Below are positions 1-8,730 of a stretch of 39,037 nucleotides of DNA, in pieces. Below the pieces are notes generated by a model. It saw nothing but the letters and a program-made list of their open reading frames with translations, did no database searches and was not told where the DNA came from. Both the position numbers and the translations under genes were made by a program. The DNA comes from a virus (lineage: Duplodnaviria > Caudoviricetes), in the IMG/VR virus record IMGVR_UViG_3300022695_000170, positions 1 through 39,037 of that record; one strand, 5' to 3'. How positions within the stretch are numbered: position 1 is the stretch's first letter; every line of letters begins with the position of its first letter.

Positions 1-99
1 AAAATAAGATATGATAGTAGATTCCGTTCTTTAATGAGCAAACATAATTTTAAGATAAATAAACGAAATGGATTATTATTATCCGATTGGTTAGAAAAG
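1..99. repeat. Direct terminal overlap, copy 1 (circular assembly signature)
   Basis: Bases 1-99 are identical to 38939-39037. Confidence 0.97.
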
Positions 100-1836
100 G
101 TAAAAGAAACCCCGAGCCAATATAAAACCTTAGTAAATGATGTTAGAAAATATTTAGATGATTTAAGGGAAGATGCTAATAAAATTCGTGCAATAATGGG
201 GAAAGAACCGATAAAATATAGAGGAAATTACGTCCCTCATTTACAAAAAAGTTGGTTATGGAGTGATTTACTTGGGAATAAAGCAACAATTTCAGACAAT
301 TTAAGTTTTATTATCCCAAATGAAGTTAAAAACCCATTTGCACATAAAAGAATGTTGGAAGAATTACCTAATGCAGACAGGAATTTCTTTGCACTCGTAG
401 ATAGATATAACAATGCAATTTCAAAAGATGTTTATATTAGTCCGGCAATTGAATATCTAAAAGCTCAAAACAGTGTATTAAAAAGCAGAGGATTAAATAA
501 TTCTGCTAAATATTGGGATGAATATATTAGAACAGGGCTTGTAGGCAAACAACATAAACTTGATGCTGCATTAAGTATTGGTCTTAAAGGCAGAAAAGCA
601 TTAGTGAAATATAACACAATGATTAACAATGTATTTTTAACCGGAAAGATTTCGTGGAATTTAGCGACACAACCATTATCATATATAATGAATACTCCTA
701 TGGAAGCCGGATATATAAACGCTACGAGGGCAATTATCAAAACACTTAAAAGGGGAGTACGTGAATATGCAAGAGAAAATTCCGAATCATTACAAATTAA
801 AAGTATTGATATATTATCAAATGCAGTCGGTGAGGGACGAGGTTATGCAAATAAAATATATCGAACTAAAATAAATAAATGGAATGATGCTTTATCGGTA
901 TTTAGTGCTATTGAAGAAAAATATTTACACGAAATGTCATTTATAGCTGGATTAGATAAAGCAAAAGACTTGGGTTATAAAGGTCAAGATGCTTTGGATT
1001 ATGCTGATTTAGTTGCACAGAGGACACAATCAATGTACAATAGAGAAAACAGACCTTTAATATTGAATAGTGATGTACTAAAAGCAGTTTTCCCATTCCA
1101 AAGTTTTAGTTTGGAAATGTTTAACCATATAAAAGAAATTGGAACAAAGAACAAAGGAGCAATGCAATTAAGATATGGACAGCGATTTGGGAAGTTATTC
1201 GCTTTGGCAATTGGTATTTATCTTGCAAACTTATATTCACAAGCATTAACTGGGCGAAAAAAGACTGGAGTTGGAACATTTATTCCATTTGTGGGGAATA
1301 TCACTAATAGGTATATTCAAAAAGCAACAAGCAATAAATATGTTGGGGATAGAGTTCCAATTACTACAATACAAATTGGAGATGAAATAATACAGGCTGG
1401 GAAAGATTATCTTAATTATGGGAACGCTAAACGATTAAGAAAATTTGGGGTAAACTTCGGATTAGGAGCATTAGGGATGGGCGGAGGTGCTCAAATTAAC
1501 AATATAATTGATGGTTTGATTACTGATATAAACGGCGAAGTAAAAAGTATATCGGGCAAAAAACTATTTAATGTAACATCTGTACAAGATGAAATTAAAG
1601 CCCCAATATTTGGGATATGGTCAACAAAAGGTGGTCAAGAATATTCCAATAAAACTAAATCACCCGAATTAAAAGCTATTTCAAAACAATTAAAATATGT
1701 AAGAGAGATATTAAAAAAGTATGGTAGAAATAGCAATGAATATTTAAATGCAAGAGCTAAATTAATCTCAATGCGTAAAAATTCAAATGATTATTTAAAT
1801 AAATTAGCTCAAGAAAAATTAAAACGACAGGAATAA
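1..1836 (+). CDS. C-terminal part of a ~1705-aa large internal virion (polyvalent-type) protein that starts at 35657 and crosses the junction
   Basis: The frame is open from base 1 (aaa ata aga tat...) and matches the frame of the ORF at 35657 through the 99-bp overlap. Helical C-terminus with RTQSMYNRENRP and FPFQSF motifs, as seen in large phage ejection proteins. Confidence 0.8.
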   Translation, partial: KIRYDSRFRSLMSKHNFKINKRNGLLLSDWLEKVKETPSQYKTLVNDVRKYLDDLREDANKIRAIMGKEPIKYRGNYVPHLQKSWLWSDLLGNKATISDNLSFIIPNEVKNPFAHKRMLEELPNADRNFFALVDRYNNAISKDVYISPAIEYLKAQNSVLKSRGLNNSAKYWDEYIRTGLVGKQHKLDAALSIGLKGRKALVKYNTMINNVFLTGKISWNLATQPLSYIMNTPMEAGYINATRAIIKTLKRGVREYARENSESLQIKSIDILSNAVGEGRGYANKIYRTKINKWNDALSVFSAIEEKYLHEMSFIAGLDKAKDLGYKGQDALDYADLVAQRTQSMYNRENRPLILNSDVLKAVFPFQSFSLEMFNHIKEIGTKNKGAMQLRYGQRFGKLFALAIGIYLANLYSQALTGRKKTGVGTFIPFVGNITNRYIQKATSNKYVGDRVPITTIQIGDEIIQAGKDYLNYGNAKRLRKFGVNFGLGALGMGGGAQINNIIDGLITDINGEVKSISGKKLFNVTSVQDEIKAPIFGIWSTKGGQEYSNKTKSPELKAISKQLKYVREILKKYGRNSNEYLNARAKLISMRKNSNDYLNKLAQEKLKRQE

Positions 1837-1897
1837 TACAGGATAAAAAACAATATAATAACATCTTGGACTCAAGCTTAATATAAGGAGTAAAATA

Positions 1898-2380
1898 GTG
1901 ACAAAATTTAGTATGACAATTGATATATTAAAACAATGGGAATTAACTTTAAGCTTTTTGGTAGGATTTGGGTTATTATTTATGGGGTCTATTTATATGG
2001 CATTTGGGTTTATCTTAATTTTTAATTATTTTGATTTATTGGGATATGGAGGTATAATGCATAAAATTAAATCTGTTAATTTAGACTTATATTTGAACAC
2101 TTTACAATATTATCGTATTATACAAACGTTATTTGAAATCACTTTATTAATTTTAATAGCTCAATATAATTTAATGATTATGGTTTACGCAGTAATTTTA
2201 CATATATTCGGTTTACAGGATATTCTATACTATATAATTGGGGGATATAAATTCCCCACAGGATGGACGTGGATGTATTGGACACCAATAGGATGGTTTT
2301 GGAATAAATCTAAACCTATCCCAAATAAAATAATTTTATTACAAGCCTTAATTGGTATAATAATCGTGAGTGTATTATGA
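1898..2380 (+). CDS. Multi-pass membrane protein, function unknown
   Basis: Several hydrophobic segments, W/P-rich loop (GWTWMYWTPIGWFW), AAGGAG RBS before a GTG start. Confidence 0.7.
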   Translation: MTKFSMTIDILKQWELTLSFLVGFGLLFMGSIYMAFGFILIFNYFDLLGYGGIMHKIKSVNLDLYLNTLQYYRIIQTLFEITLLILIAQYNLMIMVYAVILHIFGLQDILYYIIGGYKFPTGWTWMYWTPIGWFWNKSKPIPNKIILLQALIGIIIVSVL

Positions 2381-2580
2381 AAAATGAAAAACTAACAGAA
2401 AAACTAACAGAAAGACTAACAGATAATGAAGCTTTACAATTGGAAAATATTAATCTAAAAAAACAATTATTAGAAAATATTGAATCAAATATATTTAATG
2501 AAATTGCTCGTAGGATTAATGTCGAGCCAAATAAAATCAAAGAAATTAATTTTATCAATAAAATTGTAACCCTAAAATGA
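2377..2580 (+). CDS. Small coiled-coil hypothetical protein
   Basis: ATGA overlap with the upstream gene; 12-bp tandem repeat encoding KLTE-KLTE-RLTD. Confidence 0.6.
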   Translation: MKNEKLTEKLTERLTDNEALQLENINLKKQLLENIESNIFNEIARRINVEPNKIKEINFINKIVTLK

Positions 2581-2610
2581 TTTTTTTTTATTAACTTAAG
2601 GAAGGATAAA

Positions 2611-2784
2611 ATGGCACGTAAGAAAATGGTGTTAAAACTTAAAAAAGGAGCATTACATAAAGAATTAAAAGTTAAGAAAGGTAAAAAGATTCCACTTTCA
2701 AAATTAAAAGTAAAAAAAGGCGATTCAGCATTAACAAAGAAACGTAAGCAATTTGCTCTCAATGCCAGGAAATGGAAAAAATAA
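2611..2784 (+). CDS. Small, very basic protein (57 aa), possible DNA-binding virion core protein
   Basis: Absent from the ORF track; read by hand as MARKKMVLKLKKGALHKELKVKKGKKIPLSKLKVKKGDSALTKKRKQFALNARKWKK, with RBS AAGGAAGGA. Confidence 0.75.
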   Translation: MARKKMVLKLKKGALHKELKVKKGKKIPLSKLKVKKGDSALTKKRKQFALNARKWKK

Positions 2785-2840
2785 AAAAGTTTGCTATGCT
2801 TTCATTGGCGGTATGCAAACAACCTTAAAAGGAGGTCACA

Positions 2841-3320
2841 ATGTATGGATTAACAGTAAGAGATTCAGCTAATCTTAAATTTGGTCAAGCTGGAGTAGTA
2901 AATATCACAGGGACTTCATTAGTAACTGGAGATTTTATATCATTACAAATAATTTCCGATACAATTTTTACTAAATTAACTGAATCTGACACTACAGGAA
3001 GTTTAACGTCTATCACAGATGAATCTTTCACTTCTGAATTTGATACTCCTGTAACTTTAGCACAAAAACCTATAAGTGGTTCGGTAGTAGTTAAAACAAT
3101 AGACGGAGCAACTACCTATACAGAGGGTACGGATTATACTATTGACTACACTAATAATACAATCACAGTTCTATCTACAGGCACAATGTTAGATGCAACT
3201 GCCTATTATATTAGTTATAATTGTTCCATAACATTCCCGGGAGGAATAACTATTGTAGGTAGTTTCACAAAAATTCAATTAACATCAGGTGCTTTAAGAG
3301 CTTATCAAAGAGGTGGCTAA
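2841..3320 (+). CDS. Virion structural/decoration protein, T/S-rich beta protein
   Basis: AAGGAGG RBS; GTDYTIDY motif typical of phage tail beta-sandwich domains; lies next to the tailspike. Confidence 0.65.
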   Translation: MYGLTVRDSANLKFGQAGVVNITGTSLVTGDFISLQIISDTIFTKLTESDTTGSLTSITDESFTSEFDTPVTLAQKPISGSVVVKTIDGATTYTEGTDYTIDYTNNTITVLSTGTMLDATAYYISYNCSITFPGGITIVGSFTKIQLTSGALRAYQRGG

Positions 3321-3419
3321 TGGGAAAATTAGGTAAAAGAAACTGAAAAGATTATTTTTTTAGAAAGAGGAGATGGAAATTTATTTAAAAAAAATTAAAA
3401 AAAATAAATGGAATATTAA

Positions 3420-6332
3420 ATGGCAGCAACAAGTAAATTTATACGAACATTAAGAGATGCTACAGGGGCGACAATATCAGGTGCTAACGTTTGGGTAACA
3501 CCTCAAGCAGATACTTATCCCACTAACGCCCAACAGCTAACTGAAAGCACAACAAATCCTGGCTATTATTCATTAGCTGATTTAGCTGATGGTGAATATA
3601 AAATTTGGATTGATTCTAATGGCGGTACATCACCATTATTGTATGATGAACACATATGGCATGGTGAAGATAGATTAACAACAATAGCCAATCATTTTGA
3701 TGCTACTGATGCTTATAAATTGAAAGTAGGGGGTATCCAAAATCCAATATGGATGCCAAGAAATTTATTTATTACCAGCGGTGGCATAATAACATATGAT
3801 AAATCAACTTATACATTTACTTGGTCAGCAGATTTAATAGTTCAAAATGGATTAGGTGGATGGTGTAGCATTACAGCAGGCTCTTTAATTATGACAGATG
3901 GTTATGCTGCTTATATTACAATGTCAGATACTATAACAGGTGGTCAAGGGGCAAAAACTATAATACAAGAAGATTGGAATAGTATAAGTACTGTTATAGG
4001 GAATAGTGGGATTGTTGTACTTGCAAATAGATATAATGATAATGTATATGGATTTTTGATGGATGCTTTTTTATCTGGAGCCGCTAATGTGTCTGTTAGA
4101 AATCCTGGTTTGATTACAAATGGTAAGGTGTTTTTTGATGAAACAGTAGGTAAATTTTATTGGACAGGCACCTTGTATTTTTTTAATGGTAAGGGCGGAT
4201 ATGTTACAATTCCATCCGGTGGTATTACAATATTAGGTGATGAAATTTTATATATAGATGGATTACCAGATTGGGCAACAACAGGATATGGAACAACTAC
4301 AGTAAAAACATCAGTATGGAATAGTTCATTATCTGTTGCCGATAATTTAAATGTTCATGTTATTGCTTATAATGCCTATGGCGGTGTATATGGAGAATTA
4401 AGAAATCTGGCAGAACAATCCATAGGCAGACAGCCAAACAATAGATTCATAATGGATGGTGGAGATATTGTTTATGATAGAGCAAGCGGAACGCTTTCTT
4501 GGAGCAATACATTGTATATATTGAAAGGAAACGGTTATTATGTTGCTCTTGCTGCCGGTTCATTTACGCTTGATGCATCAAATAGGTGTGCTTATTTAAC
4601 TTATGATATGTCACTAAATACTACGGTAGAAAACAAAACAGTCGCAGATATTACAATAGTATCTGGATGGACAAACGCCGATGTATTTAAAGATAATAGA
4701 ATTTTACTTGGTGCTTGGGATGGAGATGATAAATTTTATTCACCATTGTTGGAATTAGCCTTACAAGATAAATTTGATAAAAATGGATTAACAGCAAATG
4801 CTGTTGATGATGCAACTGTAACAGTAACAGTTAAAAAAAGTGGTGGTGATTATTCAACAATAGCAAGCGCATTGGCGGCAATTACGGATGCAAGTTATTC
4901 AAAACCATATATTATTGAAATATATGAGGGTGTTTATGAAGAAATTCATTTACAAATGAAAGATTATGTTTCATTAAGGGGTATGTCAAGGGATAAATGT
5001 CAAATTAAAGGTTATTATCCGGCATCAACTGCGCAGGCTACAATACAAGACAATTCTACTATTGAAATGCATAATGGCACAACATCACAAAATGTAACTT
5101 TGGAAAACCTTACTATCACGGGTCAGAATTGTAGATATGTAATACATAATGATGCTGGTTCTTCGGTTTATTCTGCGCCGGCAACACAAAAAATAAAAAA
5201 TTGTCACATTGAACACTTGGGAAATGATGAAGCTGATGCATATTGGGGAACGTCTGTGTGGGACTCACAAGATGCATTTGGTGGCGGTGAAAGTTGGGGC
5301 ACAACAATTATTGCTAAAAATTCTTCATTTATTTCAAAAAATAAAGATGGTTTTGCTTGTCATACTGCTGCTAACTCAGTTACAATGGCAAGTAAAATTT
5401 ATTTGGAAAATTGTGAATGTGTGACAAATGATATAACAAATAATGCAGCAAGATTTATGGTGTTAGGAAGTAAGCAAGATGACCAAATTATAATTAAAAA
5501 TTGTTCTTTTAATAATCATTTTTGGTTTAAATATAGCCAGCAAGATTACAATAAGTTATTGCCAAATACTATTATTGCATCTGGTATTGAAGATTTTATA
5601 TGTAAAATGACTCTTGGTGATGCTTATAATTATAAAATGTTTACAATTACAAGTAATTCTTTGGGAACTTCAAGTACAATTAGAGTAAGTGGTGATGCTG
5701 TTGATGATTTAATGCTTAATGCTCATTATTTTGATGGTGCTGTGGATATTAATGGTTATGTTTATGGTGAATTAAATACAGCATTTATTACTTTGGGGCA
5801 AAGACTTGGTGATTGTAGTGTTATAAATAAAACATTAATAATTGATGTTGATGGTGGTGTTTCACAAACAATTGCATTTAATGAAGATTTTACAGCACAA
5901 ACAAATGATTATATATTAAATTTTATTAATATATCTTTGACTGGTGCACTTGCATCAACAACTTATCAATATATAGAAACATTTTATCCAAAAGAAATTA
6001 ACAATTTGAAAAAATATAAAAATAATGAAATTGTTAGTATTTTTCAAGGAATGGCAGTTAAACAAGATGATAGTTTTAGTATTAAAAAAATGCTTAATAC
6101 TGATTTGGCAAGTGATTTTTTAGGAATTGCTATGGAAAATATTGTGCCTGGTGGTTGGGGTGATGTAAAAATTAAAGGAGTTATTCAAGAAGAAAGATTG
6201 AATATGTCAGCAACTACAACAGCAATATTTGGAGATGTTTTTGGTATAAGTTCAACAGCAGGGAAAGTAGTTGAAGGTGGAAGTCCAATTATATTAAAAT
6301 GTATTTATGATGGTCAATTAAAATTATTATAA
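3420..6332 (+). CDS. Tail fibre/tailspike: N-terminal beta-sandwich, three tandem repeats, pectin-lyase-like beta-helix
   Basis: VTVKKSGGDYSTIASALAAI...IEIYEGVYEE is a pectinesterase-type beta-helix cap, followed by LENLTI/IKNCHI/LENCEC/IKNCSF rungs. Three repeats begin GGIITYD, NGKVFFD and GGDIVYD. Confidence 0.85.
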   Translation: MAATSKFIRTLRDATGATISGANVWVTPQADTYPTNAQQLTESTTNPGYYSLADLADGEYKIWIDSNGGTSPLLYDEHIWHGEDRLTTIANHFDATDAYKLKVGGIQNPIWMPRNLFITSGGIITYDKSTYTFTWSADLIVQNGLGGWCSITAGSLIMTDGYAAYITMSDTITGGQGAKTIIQEDWNSISTVIGNSGIVVLANRYNDNVYGFLMDAFLSGAANVSVRNPGLITNGKVFFDETVGKFYWTGTLYFFNGKGGYVTIPSGGITILGDEILYIDGLPDWATTGYGTTTVKTSVWNSSLSVADNLNVHVIAYNAYGGVYGELRNLAEQSIGRQPNNRFIMDGGDIVYDRASGTLSWSNTLYILKGNGYYVALAAGSFTLDASNRCAYLTYDMSLNTTVENKTVADITIVSGWTNADVFKDNRILLGAWDGDDKFYSPLLELALQDKFDKNGLTANAVDDATVTVTVKKSGGDYSTIASALAAITDASYSKPYIIEIYEGVYEEIHLQMKDYVSLRGMSRDKCQIKGYYPASTAQATIQDNSTIEMHNGTTSQNVTLENLTITGQNCRYVIHNDAGSSVYSAPATQKIKNCHIEHLGNDEADAYWGTSVWDSQDAFGGGESWGTTIIAKNSSFISKNKDGFACHTAANSVTMASKIYLENCECVTNDITNNAARFMVLGSKQDDQIIIKNCSFNNHFWFKYSQQDYNKLLPNTIIASGIEDFICKMTLGDAYNYKMFTITSNSLGTSSTIRVSGDAVDDLMLNAHYFDGAVDINGYVYGELNTAFITLGQRLGDCSVINKTLIIDVDGGVSQTIAFNEDFTAQTNDYILNFINISLTGALASTTYQYIETFYPKEINNLKKYKNNEIVSIFQGMAVKQDDSFSIKKMLNTDLASDFLGIAMENIVPGGWGDVKIKGVIQEERLNMSATTTAIFGDVFGISSTAGKVVEGGSPIILKCIYDGQLKLL

Positions 6333-6420
6333 AAATTTTTAATTTACAATGAAACAGCAATCGGCGAAACAATTGAAGTACCTTTTTTAAAAATTTCTAA
6401 ATTGTTTATTAAGGTTTAAA

Positions 6421-6514
6421 ATGACAAAAATTAAAAACTTTTGGACAGAAAATTGGAAGTGGGTAGTTGGGACAGTAGGAATAGGAATATTCATTACAGG
6501 GTTTAATTATGGCG
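6421..6514 (+). repeat. Diverged duplicate of the 5' end of gene 8226..8543 (truncated copy; its ORF 6421..6543 is 40 aa)
   Basis: 84 of 94 nt identical to 8226-8319 by manual alignment; MTKIKNFWTENWKWVVGTVGIGIFITGFNYG vs MTKIKNFWTENWKWLIGTIGIGIFLTGFNFG. Confidence 0.92.
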
Positions 6515-6850
6515 AAACTTATTGTATTACAGAAAGCGTATGATTGTTATTTATATTTGCATAATGTATTGAAACGCTTTCCGAAAAGTGAAAAATTTGT
6601 GCTAAGTGCAGATATAAAACTTACGTTCTTTGAAATGTTGAAAATGATGTTGGTCGCAAATAAGTCTGCATATAAAAAGAAACTGCTTTACGAAGCAGAT
6701 GTGCAACTTGATTTATTGCGATTTAGGATAAGGATTGCTCACGATTTGAAATTTATTTCAACAAAACAATATGGAATATTGAGTGGGCAACTTAGTGAAA
6801 TTGGTAAATTATTAGGCGGATGGATAAAATCCGCCTTGGGTAATGCTTAA
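6509..6850 (+). CDS. avd: DGR accessory variability determinant (Avd-like four-helix bundle)
   Basis: 113 aa with Avd-type motifs LIVLQKAYD, FPKSEKFVL...I, ADVQLDLLR..IRIAHDLKFI..KQY and EIGKLLGGWIK. Confidence 0.88.
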   Translation: MAKLIVLQKAYDCYLYLHNVLKRFPKSEKFVLSADIKLTFFEMLKMMLVANKSAYKKKLLYEADVQLDLLRFRIRIAHDLKFISTKQYGILSGQLSEIGKLLGGWIKSALGNA

Positions 6851-6852
6851 AA

Positions 6853-6890
6853 ATGTGTGTTCTTGTCGGTGGCAATTGGAATAATAATAC
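6853..6890 (+). pseudogene. 5' stub of a DGR template repeat (TR)
   Basis: Directly after avd: gttcttgtcggtggcaattggaataataat, encoding VLVGGNWNNN, the AAY-rich GGNWNN signature of C-type-lectin-class TRs. It stops abruptly at the methyltransferase ATG. Confidence 0.65.
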
Positions 6891-6891
6891 T

Positions 6892-7476
6892 ATGAAAATT
6901 TTAATAGCTTGTGAATTCAGTGGAGTTGTAAGGGATGCTTTTGAAAATAGAGGGCATGATGTATGGAGTTGCGATTTACTTCCAACTGAAAGCGAACAAA
7001 CAAAGGAAGCCGGGAAACATATTCAAGGCAATGTTTTGGAAATCTTAAATAATAATTGGGATTTGATGATTGCACATCCACCTTGCACATATCTTTCAAA
7101 TGCTGGCGTTCAATATCTGAAAAAACAAAAAGATAGATGGGCAAAAATGATTAAAGCAAAAGAATTTTTCATGCAATTATTAAATGCGAATATCCCAAAA
7201 ATATGTTTAGAGAACCCAGTCCCTCATAGATTTGCAAAATTGCCGGTATATACACAAATAATTTATCCTTATCAGCATGGAGAATCAAAAAGCAAAAGGA
7301 CATGTTTATGGGTAAAGAATTTACCGGAATTACAACCTACAAAAATTGTAAGCAAAGGAGAATTTTACAAGTGTGGTAATGGCGGGACTAATCCTAAGTG
7401 GTATAGTACAACTTCCAAAAATAGGTCAAGAACTTTTAAGGGAATTGCGAAAGCAATGGCAGAGCAATGGGGCTAA
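6892..7476 (+). CDS. Phage DNA cytosine methyltransferase-like protein
   Basis: MKILIACEFSGVVRDAF (SAM-binding region), AHPPCTYLS (catalytic PC), LENPV, RSRTFKGIAKAMAEQWG. The start is more likely 6892 than 6853. Confidence 0.8.
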   Translation: MKILIACEFSGVVRDAFENRGHDVWSCDLLPTESEQTKEAGKHIQGNVLEILNNNWDLMIAHPPCTYLSNAGVQYLKKQKDRWAKMIKAKEFFMQLLNANIPKICLENPVPHRFAKLPVYTQIIYPYQHGESKSKRTCLWVKNLPELQPTKIVSKGEFYKCGNGGTNPKWYSTTSKNRSRTFKGIAKAMAEQWG

Positions 7477-8189
7477 AGCTAATGCAAAAAATTATAACTA
7501 TAATTGATAGGTTTTTCTTTGATATGGACACACCAGAGAAGCATTATATACTTGGTTATTGGTTAGCAGATGGATGTATAATGAAGAAATCTGGGGGATA
7601 CTATTTTAGCATTGTTTCAAAAGACAAATCACATTTAGAAATTATTGCAAAAACGATGGATGTTAAAAATAAAATTTACAGTAATTCAAATGAGACTTTT
7701 GAATTACGTGTAGGCAATAAACAATTGGTAGAGAACCTTATCGCAATTGGAGGCAGATATAGAAAAACTAAGACAATTTCATTTAATGACCTTATTTATA
7801 ATAATAATTATTTTTATGATTTATTAAGAGGCTATTTTGATGGCGATGGCAGTATGCTTATATCTGGTTACACTAAGAAAAATGGGAAAAGGTCAATTAG
7901 TGGTATAAATTTTACTGGGGCAAAAAAAATAATAGAAAGTCTGAAAAATATTTTAAAATTAGGGAGGGTATATAAAGACAACCGTTCTAATGCTTTCCAA
8001 TTGGGTATTTATGGCAAAAAAAGTTTGGACATTCTTGGTAAGATGTATGATAATTCAAATATATATTTAGAGAGAAAACGTAGAATATATGATTTATATA
8101 AACAAGGAGAAATAAATGGCAACAATAAAGTATTACAAAGTGCCGAAAGGCAAGGATTATCAGCAAACGGATTTTGCGTAAAAGAGTAA
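7467..8189 (+). CDS. Double-motif LAGLIDADG homing endonuclease
   Basis: YILGYWLADGC and LLRGYFDGDGS motifs; C-terminal IYLERK. Confidence 0.88.
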   Translation: MGLKLMQKIITIIDRFFFDMDTPEKHYILGYWLADGCIMKKSGGYYFSIVSKDKSHLEIIAKTMDVKNKIYSNSNETFELRVGNKQLVENLIAIGGRYRKTKTISFNDLIYNNNYFYDLLRGYFDGDGSMLISGYTKKNGKRSISGINFTGAKKIIESLKNILKLGRVYKDNRSNAFQLGIYGKKSLDILGKMYDNSNIYLERKRRIYDLYKQGEINGNNKVLQSAERQGLSANGFCVKE

Positions 8190-8225
8190 TGTTAAGAAAT
8201 TATAAAAAATTTAAACGGTAATATA

Positions 8226-8543
8226 ATGACAAAAATTAAAAACTTTTGGACAGAGAATTGGAAATGGTTAATTGGGACAATAGGGATAGGGATATTTCTT
8301 ACAGGGTTTAATTTTGGCGTAATGCAGGCTAAAATTGACAGTAAACCTACTAAAATACAGATGCAGAATTTTGTTGAGCATAAAATAACTAAAACTATTA
8401 TCCCACGACTAAAAAAAGTTGAGAAATCTATTTCAAATCAAAAAATACGAGAGTCAGTAGATTTATCTTTATTGAAAGAGATAAAATTTAATTTGAAGGC
8501 TCTATTAAATAAACAGAACATCAAATATATTGAACTAAAATAA
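8226..8543 (+). CDS. Single-TM membrane protein of the lysis region (holin/antiholin-like)
   Basis: N-terminal TM segment WLIGTIGIGIFLTGFNFG and a coiled-coil tail; lies upstream of the endolysin. Confidence 0.55.
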   Translation: MTKIKNFWTENWKWLIGTIGIGIFLTGFNFGVMQAKIDSKPTKIQMQNFVEHKITKTIIPRLKKVEKSISNQKIRESVDLSLLKEIKFNLKALLNKQNIKYIELK

Positions 8544-8553
8544 AGGAGTTAAA

Positions 8554-8730
8554 ATGAAAGGGTATAGAAAATTATTCGCATTTTGTGTTGGTGTCGGAAC
8601 ATTTATTACTATTTCTCTATTAAAAACTGTACAAAATTATGAAAGTTTGGGCTTAGGGATAGGATTTTTAGTGTTAGTTTTTACAGTCCCTAATATGGCT
8701 GAATATGTAAAAGATTGGTTTAATAAATGA
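8554..8730 (+). CDS. Putative holin (58 aa, two TM helices)
   Basis: Absent from the ORF track: MKGYRKLFAFCVGVGTFITISLLKTVQNYESLGLGIGFLVLVFTVPNMAEYVKDWFNK; AAAGGAG RBS; ATGA overlap with the next gene. Confidence 0.65.
   Translation: MKGYRKLFAFCVGVGTFITISLLKTVQNYESLGLGIGFLVLVFTVPNMAEYVKDWFNK

Noticed and set aside
34-1836. Stand-alone 600-aa gene starting at 34
   Set aside because: The frame is open upstream through the junction to the ATG at 35657.
6853-6891. MCVLVGGNWNNNT as the true methyltransferase N-terminus
   Set aside because: This family normally begins MK[IV]L[IV]ACE; the extension is better explained as TR sequence, though it could be translated.
3420-8189. A complete, active DGR diversifying the tailspike
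   Set aside because: No reverse transcriptase ORF, no VR matching the TR stub and no CLec-type C-terminus were found.
7467-8189. LAGLIDADG gene as part of a group I intron or intein
   Set aside because: It does not interrupt a recognisable host gene, has almost no flanking non-coding sequence for a ribozyme, and lacks intein terminal motifs.
6421-8319. The 94-bp repeat pair as a DGR TR/VR pair
   Set aside because: The 10 mismatches are not adenine-specific in one copy (5 have A in copy 1, 3 have A in copy 2, 2 involve no A), and they are synonymous or conservative changes at a gene 5' end.
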